Origin: an uncultured Acidobacteriota bacterium
GTDB lineage: Bacteria > Acidobacteriota > Thermoanaerobaculia > UBA5066 > Gp7-AA6
NCBI GenBank assembly: GCA_963764715.1
Contig: CAVXTP010000022.1
Coordinates: 160,001 to 224,000, forward strand
DNA length: 64,000 nucleotides
Direction of reading: 5' to 3'
Shown here: in pieces, positions 1-9,469 of the stretch
Layout of the letters: every line of letters starts with the position of its first letter
How positions within the stretch are numbered: the first letter of the stretch is position 1
The notes under the pieces: model-generated
Databases searched by the model: none
Seen by the model: only the letters and a program-made list of their open reading frames with translations
Told to the model about the DNA's origin: nothing
Translations under genes and position numbers: made by a program

Positions 1-1069
1 ACGTCTTCCGGAGGCGTTCGAGCTCCGCGAGGATGTCGATGTTCGAACGAACCTTGACGTGCCGGACTTCTTCGACGATCGCCTTTTCCGGCTCGGGCTG
101 CGGGGCCTCGGCGAACGTCACCTCGGCGATCTCTCCGTCTGCCGGGGCGGCCGTGGAATCCGGCCCGGCGGCCGCCGCCGCCGGGGCCTCCGGCAACGGT
201 GCGTCGAGGGAGTCGAGGGCCTGTTCGAACTCCTGGACCGTCTCGACGTCGGTGGCGTCGAAGGCCCCCGGGGGCTGATTGAGCTCGTACGCCTTCCCGA
301 CCACGGGCGGGGCCTCGGAGAAGGTTCCAGGCTCGACGTCGAGCGCTTCCTGCACGTCCTCCGCCGGCGGGGGAGGCGGCGTCGGGGCCGGCGCGGGCCG
401 GGGCGCGGCGGGCGGTTCCACGACCGCCGGCTTCGGAGGGGGCGCGGCGGCCTTCGCGGCCGGGGCCTTCTCCTCGCCGAGCATCCGCTTCTTGAGCGAC
501 CGGAGCGTCAGTCGCGAGATCGCCTTGAGCGTCTCGAAGACGCCCTGGCCGAGGACCGCGCAGGCCTCGTAACTCTCGAAGAGCTGCTCGGGATTGAGAC
601 TCGCTTCGAGCTCCTCGAGCGAAAGGATGTTGGCGAGGTCGCGTTTGTTGTACTGCAGCACGAGCGGGATCTCGTCGAGCTTGACGCCGATCTCGGCGAG
701 GTTCGTCTTGAGGTTCGCGAGCGACTCGACGTTGGCTTCCTTCATCGCGCGCTGCGAGTCGGCCACGAACACGATCCCGTCGACGCCCTTCAGGACGAGC
801 TTCCGGGTGGTGTTGTAGAAGACCTGGCCGGGGACCGTGTAGAGCTGGACCCGCGTCTTGAACCCGCCGATGACCCCGACGTCGAGCGGCAGCAGGTCGA
901 AGAACAGGGTGCGGTCGGTCTCCGTCTCGAGCGAGACCATCTCGCCCCGGGAGCCCGGCGCCGTGCGGCCGTAGATGTGGTGCAGGTTGGTGGTCTTGCC
1001 GCACAGACCGGGGCCGTAGTAGACGACCTTGGCCGCCATCTGCATCGTGGCGTAATTGAAGAAAACCAT
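1..1069 (-). CDS. mglA: MglA-family small GTPase with long Pro/Ala/Glu-rich C-terminal extension (3' end runs off window)
   Basis: Not in the ORF track. Manual translation from ATG 1069: MVFFNYATMQMAAKVVYYGPGLCGKTTNL..DRTLFFDLLP..LYTVPGQVFYN..DGIVFVADSQ..QYNKRDL, giving MglA-type G1-G4 motifs. The frame stays open to the window edge. Confidence 0.92.
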   Translation of the reverse strand, partial: MVFFNYATMQMAAKVVYYGPGLCGKTTNLHHIYGRTAPGSRGEMVSLETETDRTLFFDLLPLDVGVIGGFKTRVQLYTVPGQVFYNTTRKLVLKGVDGIVFVADSQRAMKEANVESLANLKTNLAEIGVKLDEIPLVLQYNKRDLANILSLEELEASLNPEQLFESYEACAVLGQGVFETLKAISRLTLRSLKKRMLGEEKAPAAKAAAPPPKPAVVEPPAAPRPAPAPTPPPPPAEDVQEALDVEPGTFSEAPPVVGKAYELNQPPGAFDATDVETVQEFEQALDSLDAPLPEAPAAAAAGPDSTAAPADGEIAEVTFAEAPQPEPEKAIVEEVRHVKVRSNIDILAELERLRKT

Positions 1070-1171
1070 GCCTCTTGGGCCCGAGCGCGCGGCGCCTCCG
1101 GCGGCTCGCGGGCTGCGGACTGCAGGAAATTGTAACACCCTGAGAGGGTTACGGGCACCCCGCTTGAGCGG

Positions 1172-2029
1172 CTAGCGTCGCTCGACGGCGTCGAGGATCC
1201 GTCGGATCTCCGCTTCCTTTCCGCGGCCCGCCGTGCGCTCGAGGATCTCGTGAGCGAGCGTGCGATAGAGCACAAGAGCGTCCGGTCGGCCGCCGAGCGC
1301 CTCGGCGTGCGCCGTCACCGTTCCGACGTCGCGCCGCGCCACGGCCCCGGTGAAGGCTTCCTCGAACGTCCGCCGGCCGACGGCGTCCACGGCGCGGACC
1401 GCGAGTGCGGACAGCGCTTCCCGCGCGACGTCTTCGGGAATGCCCGCGTCGACCCATCCGCGCACCGCGACCGCGAGGACCGCGGCCGCCCCGCCGGCGG
1501 CGAGCGACGCCGAGGCGTGGTACAGCGGTTTGGCGCCGGGAGCGATCGAGTGCGGCCTCGCCCCGACGGCTTTTGCGATCCGGGCTCCCATCGCGGCGCC
1601 GGCCGCATCTCCCTCGATCGCGACGAAGGCGCCTCGCCAGTCCTCGCCGGGAGCGCCCGTGAACGGGCGCACGGGATGCACCGACGCCACGGCGGCGCCT
1701 CGCTCGGCGAACGGTTGGAGGACGTCGCTCGAGAGCGCGCCGGAGAGGTGAATCGCGCAGCCGCAGGCGAGCCGGGGCGCGAGCTCGGCCGCGATCCGCG
1801 CGATCGCGTCGTCGGGCACGGCCAGGACGAGCACGTCGCAGGACGGTCCGGGGGATTCGGACGACGCGCGGGGAGTTCCTTCGAGGTCCGGCGGGAGGGC
1901 CTTCGCCGCGTCGCGCACGATGATGCGGGCGATGGATCCGCCGGCGGCCCTCCAGGATCGGGCGAAGGCGGCGCCCGCCCGGCCTGCTCCGGCGAGCACC
2001 ACGGACCGGGAGAGGACGTCGGCCGGCAT
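1172..2029 (-). CDS. Rossmann-like/DUF2520 domain oxidoreductase (PanG-like)
   Basis: GAGRAG Rossmann motif, LAVPDDAI, HLSGA, SVHP, YHASAS, TGAVARRD. Confidence 0.8.
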   Translation of the reverse strand: MPADVLSRSVVLAGAGRAGAAFARSWRAAGGSIARIIVRDAAKALPPDLEGTPRASSESPGPSCDVLVLAVPDDAIARIAAELAPRLACGCAIHLSGALSSDVLQPFAERGAAVASVHPVRPFTGAPGEDWRGAFVAIEGDAAGAAMGARIAKAVGARPHSIAPGAKPLYHASASLAAGGAAAVLAVAVRGWVDAGIPEDVAREALSALAVRAVDAVGRRTFEEAFTGAVARRDVGTVTAHAEALGGRPDALVLYRTLAHEILERTAGRGKEAEIRRILDAVERR

Positions 2030-2060
2030 CGGGCGAGTCTAAGCCGGGTCGTTCACGGTC

Positions 2061-2095
2061 TGGTATCATTAGCACTCTCGATGGAAGAGTGCTAG
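2061..2095 (+). promoter_or_regulatory. Extended -10 (TGgTATCAT) and CIRCE operator for HrcA
   Basis: TTAGCACTC-N9-GAGTGCTAG at 2069-2095, one mismatch to the CIRCE consensus, 2 nt before the hrcA ATG. Confidence 0.93.
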
Positions 2096-2097
2096 AC

Positions 2098-3162
2098 ATG
2101 GCTTCTCTCGACACCCGAAGCCGCGCGATCCTGAGGGAGATCATCCGCGTCCACGTCGACACCGGGCGGCCGGTCTCCTCGCGGACGCTTTTCAAGTCCA
2201 ACCGCTTCGGCCTCTCGCCGGCCTCGATCCGCAACATCATGGCCGACCTGACGGACGGCGGGTATCTCGCGCAGCCGCACACCTCGGCCGGCCGGGTCCC
2301 GACGGACCGGGCCTACCGGGTCTACATCGACGAGCTCATGCGGCAGCGGAAGGTCGGGGAGGAAGTCCGCGAGCAGGTCGATTCCGACCTCGATTCCGCC
2401 GGGGCCGACGTCAGCCGCCTGTTCACGGCGGCTTCGCGCCTGCTGTCCCAGCTCTCCGGCGAGGTCGGCTTCGTCGTCGCCCCGGACGCGCTCCACACGG
2501 TCGTCAAGAGCCTGCGGTTCCTGGCCGTCGCCCCCGGCAAGATCCTCTGCGTGCAGGTCAACGATCCCGACGTCGTGATCTCGCGCGTCCTCGAGACCGA
2601 CGTGACGTATTCGAACTCCGAGCTCGACGCCCTTTCGGAGCGGCTGACCCGCGAATACGGCGGCCTGACGCTCCACGAGGTCCGCCGGCGGCTGGCCGCG
2701 GCCCTCGCCCGCGAGCGGGCCGAAGCCGACCGGATCCTGGGCCGGGCGGCGGGCCTCGCCCGGCGGGCCCTCGAGCGCAAGGACGGCGAGGACCAGCTCT
2801 TCTACGACGGAACGGCGAGGCTCCTCGAGAAACCCGAGTTCGCCGACGTTTTCTCGATGAAGCGCATCTTCCAGGCGTTCGACGAAAAAGCCCGGGTCCT
2901 CGACCTGGTCTCCCGGTACCTCGATTCGCCCGGCACGAGCGTCGTTCTGGGCTCCGAGGACGACCATGCCGTCGACCCCCGCCTTTCGGCCGTCTTGACC
3001 TCCTACGGCACGGGAGAGACACTGACGGGAATGCTGGGAGTCATCGGGCCGGCCCGGCGGGAGTACACGCGCGTGATTCCCGTCGTGGATCTGCTGGGGC
3101 GCGCCGTGTCGGAACGGCTCGACCGGCGCGAGGAGCGCCTGAGGGAGGGCCTTCCGGAATGA
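2098..3162 (+). CDS. hrcA: Heat-inducible transcription repressor HrcA
   Basis: PVSSR, SPASIRNIMADL, QPHTSAGRVPTD, GVIGP motifs; precedes grpE-dnaK and follows CIRCE. Confidence 0.96.
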   Translation: MASLDTRSRAILREIIRVHVDTGRPVSSRTLFKSNRFGLSPASIRNIMADLTDGGYLAQPHTSAGRVPTDRAYRVYIDELMRQRKVGEEVREQVDSDLDSAGADVSRLFTAASRLLSQLSGEVGFVVAPDALHTVVKSLRFLAVAPGKILCVQVNDPDVVISRVLETDVTYSNSELDALSERLTREYGGLTLHEVRRRLAAALARERAEADRILGRAAGLARRALERKDGEDQLFYDGTARLLEKPEFADVFSMKRIFQAFDEKARVLDLVSRYLDSPGTSVVLGSEDDHAVDPRLSAVLTSYGTGETLTGMLGVIGPARREYTRVIPVVDLLGRAVSERLDRREERLREGLPE

Positions 3163-3767
3163 GCGACCGAGACCGCGACGGGCGGCCGATCGACGAGGAC
3201 ACCCTCGAGCTGCGCGACTCCGGGGACTCCCTGGAGGCCGCGCTCGACGAGGAGGAGGTCACGGCGCTCGCCGCCGCCGAGGACAAGCTCCGCGGCATCC
3301 AGAAGGAGATCGAGGAGCTCAAGGACCGGCACCTGCGCAAGCTCGCCGAGTTCGAGAACCACAAGAAGCGCAGCGAGCGGGAGCGCCAGGAGTATTTCAA
3401 GATCGCCCTCGCGGGCTTCGCGCACGACTTCCTGCCGATCCTCGACAACTTCGAGCGGGCCCTGGCGCACGCCCGGCCCGGGGACCTCGAGAGCGATTTC
3501 GGCCAGGGCATCGCGATCATCCGCAAGCAGCTCGGCGAGCTCTGGAAGCGCTACGGGCTGATCCCGATCGACTCGAGCGGGGCGTTCGATCCGAACCTCC
3601 ACGAGGCGGTCGCGACCGAGAAGACCGATTCCATCCCCGCCAACACCATCGTCGAGGAGCTGCAGAAGGGCTACTTCCTGAACGACCGCCTCATCCGGCC
3701 GTCGTTCGTGAAGGTGGCCGTCCGCGACAACGGCGGCGAGGGCGAGACCCCGGCGGGGAAGAAGTAG
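3159..3767 (+). CDS. grpE: Nucleotide exchange factor GrpE
   Basis: [43 protein letters not shown]. Confidence 0.96.
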   Translation: MSDRDRDGRPIDEDTLELRDSGDSLEAALDEEEVTALAAAEDKLRGIQKEIEELKDRHLRKLAEFENHKKRSERERQEYFKIALAGFAHDFLPILDNFERALAHARPGDLESDFGQGIAIIRKQLGELWKRYGLIPIDSSGAFDPNLHEAVATEKTDSIPANTIVEELQKGYFLNDRLIRPSFVKVAVRDNGGEGETPAGKK

Positions 3768-3783
3768 GGAAGCAGGAGGAATC

Positions 3784-5616
3784 GTGGGCAAGATCCTCGG
3801 AATCGACCTCGGAACGACCAACTGCTGCGTCTCCGTGGTCGAGGGGGCGACCCCCCAGGTCCTGACGAACCGCGAGGGCAGCCGAACGACGCCCTCGATC
3901 GTCGGCTTCACCGAGGACGGGGAGCGGCTGGTCGGCCAGATCGCCAAGCGGCAGTCGATCACCAACCCCATGAACACGGTTTTCGCGGTCAAGCGCCTCG
4001 TCGGCCGGAAGTACGACGCCGAGGAGACCCAGCACGCGCGCGAGGTGCTGCCCTACGAGATCGTCCGCGCGGTCAACGGCGACGTCAAGATCCGCGCCCG
4101 GGCCCGCGAGTACAGCCCCGAGGAAATCTCGGCCTTCATCCTGTCGGAGATCAAGGAGTTCTCGGAGGAGGCCCTCGGCGAAGAGATCACCGAGGCGATC
4201 ATCACGGTTCCCGCCTACTTCGACGACGCCCAGCGGCAGGCGACCCGCGACGCCGGCCGCATCGCCGGCCTCGAGGTCCTGCGCATCATCAACGAGCCCA
4301 CGGCCGCCTCGCTCGCGTACGGCCTCGACCGGAAGGGCAGCGAGACCGTCGCCGTCTACGACCTCGGCGGAGGCACGTTCGACATCTCGATCCTCCAGCT
4401 CGGCGACGGGATCTACGAGGTCAAGGCCACGGCGGGCGACACCTACCTCGGCGGCGAGGACTTCGACAAGAAGATCATGGACTGGCTGCTCGACGACTTC
4501 CGCAAGGCGACCGGGATCGACCTGCGCCAGGACCGGATGGCCCTCCAGCGCCTCAAGGAGGCGGCCGAGAAGGCCAAGTGCGAGCTTTCGACGGCGACGG
4601 AGACGACGATCACGCTGCCCTTCATCTCGGCCGACGCCTCGGGCCCCAAGCACATCAACCGGACCATCACGCGGGAGCGGTTCGAGGGCCTCGTCGCGGA
4701 CCTGATCGATCGGACGGCCGCGCCGTGCCTCGACGCCCTGGCGGCGGCGGGCCTCAAGCCCTCGGACGTCGACCAGGTCATCCTCGTCGGGGGCCAGACG
4801 CGCACGCCCAAGGTCCAGCGCATGGTGGCGGAGCTCTTCGGCCGCGAGCCCAACCGCGACATCAACCCGGACGAGGTCGTGGCGATCGGCGCCGCGATCC
4901 AGGGCGGCGTGTTGAAGGGCGAGATCAAGGACGTCGTCCTCCTCGACGTCACGCCCCTCTCCCTCGGCATCGAGATGCACGGGGGCGTCTTCGAGAAGCT
5001 GATCGAGCGCAACTCCACCATCCCGACCAAGAACACCAAGGTCTTCACGACGGTCGCCGACAACCAGTCGGTCGTCGAGATCCACGTCCTGCAGGGCGAG
5101 CGCGAGATCGCCAAGGACAACAAGTCGCTCGGCCGATTCGAGCTCGTCGGAATCCCCGCCGCGCCGCGCGGCGTACCTCAGATCGAAGTGACCTTCGCCA
5201 TCGACTCGAACGGCATCGTCAACACCTCGGCCCGCGACCTCGCCACGGGCAAGGCCCAGGGCATGCAGATCAACCCGGCCGGCGGGCTCTCGCAGAACGA
5301 GATCGACAAGATCATCAAGGAGGCCTCGGCGTTCGCCGAGGCGGACCACGAGCGGCGCGAGATCGCGGCGATCAAGAACCGCCTCGAGGGGATGATCGCC
5401 TCCAACGAGCGGGTCCTCGGGGAGTTCGGCGGAGGGCTCGCCGACGACGAGCGCCAGCGCATCGAGGAGACCCTCAAGCGCTCCCGCGAGATCGCCGTCG
5501 GCGATTCGCGCGAGGCGTTCAACGAAGCCATCTTCGACATGCAGGGCGTCTCCAAGGTCCTGACGCGGGTCATGCTGGCCCGCGCCGGCGCCGGGGGCGC
5601 GGCCGCGACGAGCTGA
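3784..5616 (+). CDS. dnaK: Chaperone DnaK (Hsp70)
   Basis: [47 protein letters not shown]; GTG start with AGGAGG SD. Confidence 0.97.
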   Translation: MGKILGIDLGTTNCCVSVVEGATPQVLTNREGSRTTPSIVGFTEDGERLVGQIAKRQSITNPMNTVFAVKRLVGRKYDAEETQHAREVLPYEIVRAVNGDVKIRARAREYSPEEISAFILSEIKEFSEEALGEEITEAIITVPAYFDDAQRQATRDAGRIAGLEVLRIINEPTAASLAYGLDRKGSETVAVYDLGGGTFDISILQLGDGIYEVKATAGDTYLGGEDFDKKIMDWLLDDFRKATGIDLRQDRMALQRLKEAAEKAKCELSTATETTITLPFISADASGPKHINRTITRERFEGLVADLIDRTAAPCLDALAAAGLKPSDVDQVILVGGQTRTPKVQRMVAELFGREPNRDINPDEVVAIGAAIQGGVLKGEIKDVVLLDVTPLSLGIEMHGGVFEKLIERNSTIPTKNTKVFTTVADNQSVVEIHVLQGEREIAKDNKSLGRFELVGIPAAPRGVPQIEVTFAIDSNGIVNTSARDLATGKAQGMQINPAGGLSQNEIDKIIKEASAFAEADHERREIAAIKNRLEGMIASNERVLGEFGGGLADDERQRIEETLKRSREIAVGDSREAFNEAIFDMQGVSKVLTRVMLARAGAGGAAATS

Positions 5617-5667
5617 CCCGGCCGGGCGCGGCGGGTTCTCGAGAAACCGAACGCGAAACGAGCACCC

Positions 5668-6777
5668 ATGAAGTCCAAGCGCGACTATTACGAAATCCTC
5701 GCCGTTTCCCGCGACGTCGACGCGGCCGGGCTCAAGACCGCCTACCGCAAGCTCGCGCTGACCTACCACCCCGACCGCAATCCCAACAACCCGGATGCCG
5801 CCGAGAAGTTCAAGGAGGCCTCCGAGGCGTACGCCGTGCTCTCGGACTCCGAGAAGCGGGCCCGCTACGACCAGTTCGGCCACGCAGGCGTGGGTGCGGG
5901 CGGGGGCCCGGGATTCGGGGGCTTCCCGGGCTTCGATGCGGCGGGATTCGGCGACCTCTCGGATCTCTTCAGCGGCATCTTCGGCTTCGGCGGGGGACCG
6001 TCGGGCCCGACCGGGGGAAGCGACCTCGTTTACCGGATGGAGATCTCGTTCCGCGACGCCGCGCACGGCGTCGAGGCCCCCATCGCCATCTCGCGCCTCG
6101 AGGTCTGCGACGTCTGCGAGGGCTCGGGGGCGGCGGAGGGGACGGCGCCGCGGACCTGCCCGACCTGCCGCGGCGCCGGGCGCCAGCGCGTCTCGCAGGG
6201 ATTCCTGACGATGACGAGGCCGTGCTCCGCCTGCCGGGGCGAGGGCCGCCTGATCGATCACCCCTGCCGGACGTGCTCGGGCGAGGGCCGCCGGCGGGTG
6301 AAGAAGGAGCTCTCGATCCGGATTCCGGGCGGCGTCGAGTCGGGCTCGCGCCTCCGGCTGACCGGGGAGGGAGACGCCGGGCCCAACGGCGGCCCCGCGG
6401 GGGACCTCTACGTCGTGCTGACGGTCGCCGACGACGAGGTCTTCCAGCGCGAAGGCGACGACGTGATCGTTCGCCTCGACCTGCCGTTCCCGACGCTCGT
6501 GCTCGGGGGCGAGGTCACGGCGCCGACGCTCGAGGGCGAGGAAAAGGTGTCGATCGACGCCGGGACGGCGGTCGGCGCCGAGGTCCGGCTGCGGGGCAAA
6601 GGCGTCCGCCGGCTCGGCCGCTCGGGCCGCGGCGACCTCGTCGTCCGCGTCGGCGTGCGCGTCCCGGAGAAACCGTCGAAGGCCGAGAAGGACCTGCTGC
6701 GGAAGTACGCCGAGCTGACGGGCGCGCCGGTCGGGGAGAAGGGCGTCCTCGGCAAGGCGAAGAAGATATTCTCCTAG
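5668..6777 (+). CDS. dnaJ: Chaperone DnaJ
   Basis: J domain with HPD, G/F-rich region, four CxxCxGxG repeats. Confidence 0.97.
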   Translation: MKSKRDYYEILAVSRDVDAAGLKTAYRKLALTYHPDRNPNNPDAAEKFKEASEAYAVLSDSEKRARYDQFGHAGVGAGGGPGFGGFPGFDAAGFGDLSDLFSGIFGFGGGPSGPTGGSDLVYRMEISFRDAAHGVEAPIAISRLEVCDVCEGSGAAEGTAPRTCPTCRGAGRQRVSQGFLTMTRPCSACRGEGRLIDHPCRTCSGEGRRRVKKELSIRIPGGVESGSRLRLTGEGDAGPNGGPAGDLYVVLTVADDEVFQREGDDVIVRLDLPFPTLVLGGEVTAPTLEGEEKVSIDAGTAVGAEVRLRGKGVRRLGRSGRGDLVVRVGVRVPEKPSKAEKDLLRKYAELTGAPVGEKGVLGKAKKIFS

Positions 6778-6781
6778 GGAG

Positions 6782-7615
6782 TTGCGCCGCTCCCGCTTCA
6801 GCCGCCTCCTCGTTCCCCGCAAGGCCGGCGACGACGCCGTGCTCGGCCTCCTCTCGCTCCATGGCCCCCTCGGCTTCGAACAGGAGGGCCGCGATCTCGT
6901 CGCGTTCTTCCGCGAGGCGGAGACGGCCCGCGGCGCGTCCTCGCGCCTGCGCGCCCGCGGCATCCGGCACGCGCTGACGACCGACATTCCCGAGGGGGAC
7001 CCGCTCGAGGCGTTCCGGGCCGCGTCCCGGGCATTCATTGTCGGGCGGCGTCTCTGGATCGATCCGGGCGATCCGGCCGACGTCGAGCCTCCCAACGGGA
7101 GGATCGCGCTGCGCCTTCCGGCATCCCGGGCCTTCGGCACCGGCGCGCACGAATCGACGCGGCTCGCTCTACTCGCCCTCGAGGAAGAGGAGCTCGCCGG
7201 ACGCTCGGTTCTCGACGTGGGGACGGGTTCGGGCGTGCTCGCCCTCGCGGCGGCGGCCTTCGGCGCGCGCTCGGCGATCGGCCTCGACACCGACGCCGAG
7301 GCGGTGTTCGTGGCGCGGGAGAACGTGCGCCGCCACGCGTTCGGAAGCCGGGTGCACCTCTACGCCGGCCCGCTCGCCGCGGCGACGGGCGCCTTCGACC
7401 TGGTGCTCGCCAACATGCTCGCCGAGGAGATCCTGCCGGAGGCCGGGCGGATCCTGGCGCGCGCCGGCCGGACCGGCCGTGTCATCCTGTCCGGCGTGAC
7501 CCGCGAGCGGGAGCCCGACGTGCTCGCACGGATGCGGACCGGACGCTGGAAGCTGGCGGGGCGTCGGACGGAAAAGGAGTGGGCATGTCTCTGCCTCGCG
7601 CGCGCTTCGTCGTAG
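6782..7615 (+). CDS. prmA: Ribosomal protein L11 methyltransferase
   Basis: AFGTGAHEST, VLDVGTGSGVL, ANML, ILSG; dnaJ-prmA-rsmE synteny. Confidence 0.9.
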   Translation: MRRSRFSRLLVPRKAGDDAVLGLLSLHGPLGFEQEGRDLVAFFREAETARGASSRLRARGIRHALTTDIPEGDPLEAFRAASRAFIVGRRLWIDPGDPADVEPPNGRIALRLPASRAFGTGAHESTRLALLALEEEELAGRSVLDVGTGSGVLALAAAAFGARSAIGLDTDAEAVFVARENVRRHAFGSRVHLYAGPLAAATGAFDLVLANMLAEEILPEAGRILARAGRTGRVILSGVTREREPDVLARMRTGRWKLAGRRTEKEWACLCLARASS

Positions 7616-8307
7616 AGCGGCTTCCCGCCGCCGGCGAGACTTTCCGTCTCGAGGGCCCCGACGTCGCGCACGCGCGCGCCCGCCGCCTGCAGCCCGGCGA
7701 CTCGGTCGTCCTCGTCGACGGCACCGGCCGCGAGGCCGAGGGGCCGGTTGCGGAGGCCGGCCGGGGCGCCCTGGAGGTGCGGGTCGCGCGCGTCGAGGAC
7801 ACGCCGGCCGATCGGCTCTCGCCGATCCACATCCTCGCGGCCGCCGTCCGCCCCGAGCGGCTCTCCTGGATCGCCGAGAAGTCGACCGAGCTCGGCGCCG
7901 CGACGCTGACGATCGTCTTGAGCGAGCGGACGCAGTCCGTGCGGGCGAGCGGGTCGCTCGCCGCGCGCCTCGCGCGCGTGATCGCCGAAGCCGCCAAGCA
8001 GTCGGAGCGCGCCCGATGGCCGCGCGTCGAGGGCCCCGTCACCTTCGCGCAGGCCCTCGCGGCCGCTCCGCCGGGACACCGGTTCCTGCTCGACCCGCGC
8101 GGCGAGCCGTTCCCGGCCGAGCTCGCGCCGGCGCCGACGTCGCTTCTCGTGGGGCCCGAGGGCGGCTGGAGCGGGGACGAGGAGCGCGCGGCGATCGACG
8201 CGGGGTGGACGACGGCGTCGCTCTCGGCCGGAAAGCTCCGAGCCGAAACCGCCGTCGTCTCCGCGCTGGCGCTCGCCCGGGCCGCGCTCGCACGCGGCGT
8301 GCATTGA
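7585..8307 (+). CDS. rsmE: 16S rRNA m3U1498 methyltransferase RsmE
   Basis: EKSTELG, EAAKQSER, VGPEGGWS, LRAETA; AAGGAG before ATG 7585. Confidence 0.9.
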   Translation: MSLPRARFVVERLPAAGETFRLEGPDVAHARARRLQPGDSVVLVDGTGREAEGPVAEAGRGALEVRVARVEDTPADRLSPIHILAAAVRPERLSWIAEKSTELGAATLTIVLSERTQSVRASGSLAARLARVIAEAAKQSERARWPRVEGPVTFAQALAAAPPGHRFLLDPRGEPFPAELAPAPTSLLVGPEGGWSGDEERAAIDAGWTTASLSAGKLRAETAVVSALALARAALARGVH

Positions 8308-8332
8308 CACCTTCCCCGGGCCGGGGAATACT
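8304..8332 (+). promoter_or_regulatory. Putative sigma70 promoter of ilvE
   Basis: TTGACA (8304-8309), 17 nt spacer, AATACT (8327-8332). Confidence 0.55.
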
Positions 8333-8361
8333 CGCGGTCATCTCGCGAGCGGAGGCCATCA

Positions 8362-9303
8362 ATGTCCTACGACGACGTCAAAAAGGTCTGGATGAACGGC
8401 CGGCTGGTGGACTTCGCCGACGCGAAAATCCACGCCTTCGCCCACGTCTTTCACTACGGCTCGGCCATGTTCGAGGGCGCGCGCCTCTACAAGACGAAGC
8501 AGGGCTCGGCGGTTTTCCGGATCGACGAGCACGTCAAGCGCCTCTTCGACTCCTGCAAGGTCTACCGGATGGAGGTCCCGCACACCCCGGCGGAATTCAA
8601 GGAGGCGATCTACGAGACGATCCGGGCCAACGGCTTCGACGAGTGCTACATCCGCCCGGTGATCTACCGCGGCCTCGGCGCCCTCGGCGTCAACCCGCTC
8701 AACAGCGCGGTCGACGTGATGATCGCGGTCTGGCGCTGGGGCAAGTATCTCGGCGAAGAGGCCCTCGAGCGGGGCGTCGACGTGTGCGTGTCGTCCTGGA
8801 ACCGGATGGCGCCCAACACCTTTCCGGCGATGGCGAAGGCCACGGGGAACTACCTGAACTCCTCCCTCATCAAGATGGAGGCCGTGACGAACGGCTTCAG
8901 CGAGGGCATCGCCCTCGACAACGCCGGCCGCGTCTCGGAGGGCAGCGGCGAGAACATCTTCGTGGTCTACGGGGGGCGGATCCTGACGCCGCCGCTCGCC
9001 GGCACGATCCTCCCGGGGATCACCCGCGACTCGGTGATGACGATCGCCCGCGACGCGGGGTACACGGTGGTCGAGCAGCAGATCGCCCGGGAGATGCTGT
9101 ACATCGCCGACGAGATCTTCTTCACCGGCACGGCCGCGGAGATCACGCCCATCCGGTCGGTCGACCGGATCGTCGTCGGCGAGGGCCGGCGCGGCCCGAT
9201 CACCGAGCGGATCCAGAAGGAATTCTTCGCGCTGATCCGCGGCGACGCCCCGGACCGGTACGGCTGGCTGACGCCGCTGCCGGTGGAGGCGGCGGTCAGG
9301 TAG
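8362..9303 (+). CDS. ilvE: Branched-chain amino acid aminotransferase
   Basis: [43 protein letters not shown]. Confidence 0.95.
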   Translation: MSYDDVKKVWMNGRLVDFADAKIHAFAHVFHYGSAMFEGARLYKTKQGSAVFRIDEHVKRLFDSCKVYRMEVPHTPAEFKEAIYETIRANGFDECYIRPVIYRGLGALGVNPLNSAVDVMIAVWRWGKYLGEEALERGVDVCVSSWNRMAPNTFPAMAKATGNYLNSSLIKMEAVTNGFSEGIALDNAGRVSEGSGENIFVVYGGRILTPPLAGTILPGITRDSVMTIARDAGYTVVEQQIAREMLYIADEIFFTGTAAEITPIRSVDRIVVGEGRRGPITERIQKEFFALIRGDAPDRYGWLTPLPVEAAVR

Positions 9304-9469
9304 CTGCCGGCTGCCCGCTATCGGCTTTCAGTTCAGTACGTTAGGCGGCGAGCAGCGGCCCGGCCTGCGTGCGGGCGAGACTTGTCGGCGGAGAGCGGAC
9401 GGCTTTCCCGCGGCTTTCTTTCGCCCGGCAACGAGCGTAATCTAGCCTCCAACCGAGGAAAACAAACCC

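Noticed and set aside
59-1135. 358-aa plus-strand ORF and other listed ORFs at the window start
   Set aside because: Antisense shadows of the real minus-strand mglA gene.
3691-7290. 1199-aa antisense ORF over dnaK-dnaJ
   Set aside because: Known shadow ORF opposite dnaK produced by codon bias in GC-rich genes; no independent protein motifs.
9341-9400. Minus-strand ORF end ..GPLLAA* resembling a tmRNA tag
   Set aside because: No tRNA-like ends or resume-codon context, and the intergenic space is too short for tmRNA.
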